A stretch of 33,000 nt of DNA from Octopus sinensis (Eukaryota): positions 118,575,001 to 118,608,000 of the forward strand of contig NC_043002.1 of assembly GCF_006345805.1 (NCBI RefSeq), read 5' to 3'. Shown piece by piece: positions 32,526-33,000 of this stretch. Each line of letters starts with the position of its first letter. Within the stretch, counting starts at the first letter, position 1. Made by a program: the position numbers and the translations under genes. Below the pieces are notes generated by a model, which saw only the letters and a list, made by a program, of their open reading frames with translations, was not told where the DNA came from and did no database searches.

Positions 32526-32914
32526 CTTTCTCTTTTTTTTCTCTTTTTACTTGTTTCAGTCATATGACTGCGGCCATGCTGGAGCACCGCCTTTAGTCGA
32601 GCAAATCGACCCCGGGACTTATTCTTTGTAAGCCCAGTACTTATTCTATCGGCTCTTTTGCCGAACCGCTAAGTGACGGGGACGTAAACACACCAGCATC
32701 GGTTGTCAAGCAATGCTAGGGGAACAAACACAGACACACAAACACATACACTTATATATATACATATATACGACAGGCTTCTTTCAGTTTCCGTCTACCA
32801 AATCCAGTCACAAGGCTATAGCAGAAGACACTTGCCCAAGATGCCACGCAGTGGGACTGAACCCAGAACCATGTGGTTGGTAGGCAAGCTACTTACCACA
32901 CAGCCACTCCTGCG

Positions 32915-32916
<2 letters not shown>
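32526..32916 (-). mobile_element. SINE family A, full length with short internal deletion
   Basis: Family A sequence lacking the TTGGTCGGCCCGAGGCT-region segment between the AGGCT microhomologies. Confidence 0.92.
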
Positions 32917-32975
<59 letters not shown>

Positions 32976-33000
32976 TATATGTGTGTGTGTGTGTGGTGTG

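Noticed and set aside
1881-32916. tRNA genes suggested by A/B boxes
   Set aside because: All are SINE heads with no complete cloverleaf, and they continue into SINE bodies.
3176-32969. Recurrent ORFs such as ...RRHLPKVPRSGTEPGTMW... and MLQHGRSQMTETSK
   Set aside because: They are translations of family A SINE copies, not a multi-copy gene.
990-33000. Dozens of ORFs rich in HT/YI/CV/LL/SS/MYVC repeats
   Set aside because: They are translations of di-, tri- and tetranucleotide microsatellites, which lack stops in some frames.

Overview
AT-rich, repeat-saturated animal DNA. No host gene can be called. The SINE repertoire and microsatellite density point to an Octopus (coleoid cephalopod) genome, most likely intronic or intergenic; this is an inference from recognised SINE sequence types, not a database hit. 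Most ORFs in the track are microsatellite artefacts. Supported content: about 16 tRNA-derived SINE copies from four families, several with clean TSDs; three separate R4/Dong-clade REL-endonuclease LINE remnants, all on the minus strand and all ending in (TAA)n; decayed Tc1, mariner and Tigger/pogo transposons; hAT, mariner and piggyBac-like MITEs; a probable non-autonomous Helitron; CR1/L2 and gypsy fragments; an LTR-like segment; and several diverged tandem repeats. Most interesting observations: (i) a TAA-microsatellite-targeting R4/Dong cluster, including a ~450 bp mini-element with RT thumb fused in frame to the endonuclease tail; (ii) a 54 bp near-perfect fold-back hairpin at ~11 kb; (iii) a covarying GTCGA-N5-TCGAC stem-loop shared by two different SINE families; (iv) closely spaced inverted SINE pairs that could form ADAR substrates; (v) a Helitron-like element carrying splice signals; (vi) weak cadherin-like reading frames at 28.5-29.8 kb. 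I see no clear evidence of a wholly new biological system; the findings are leads.
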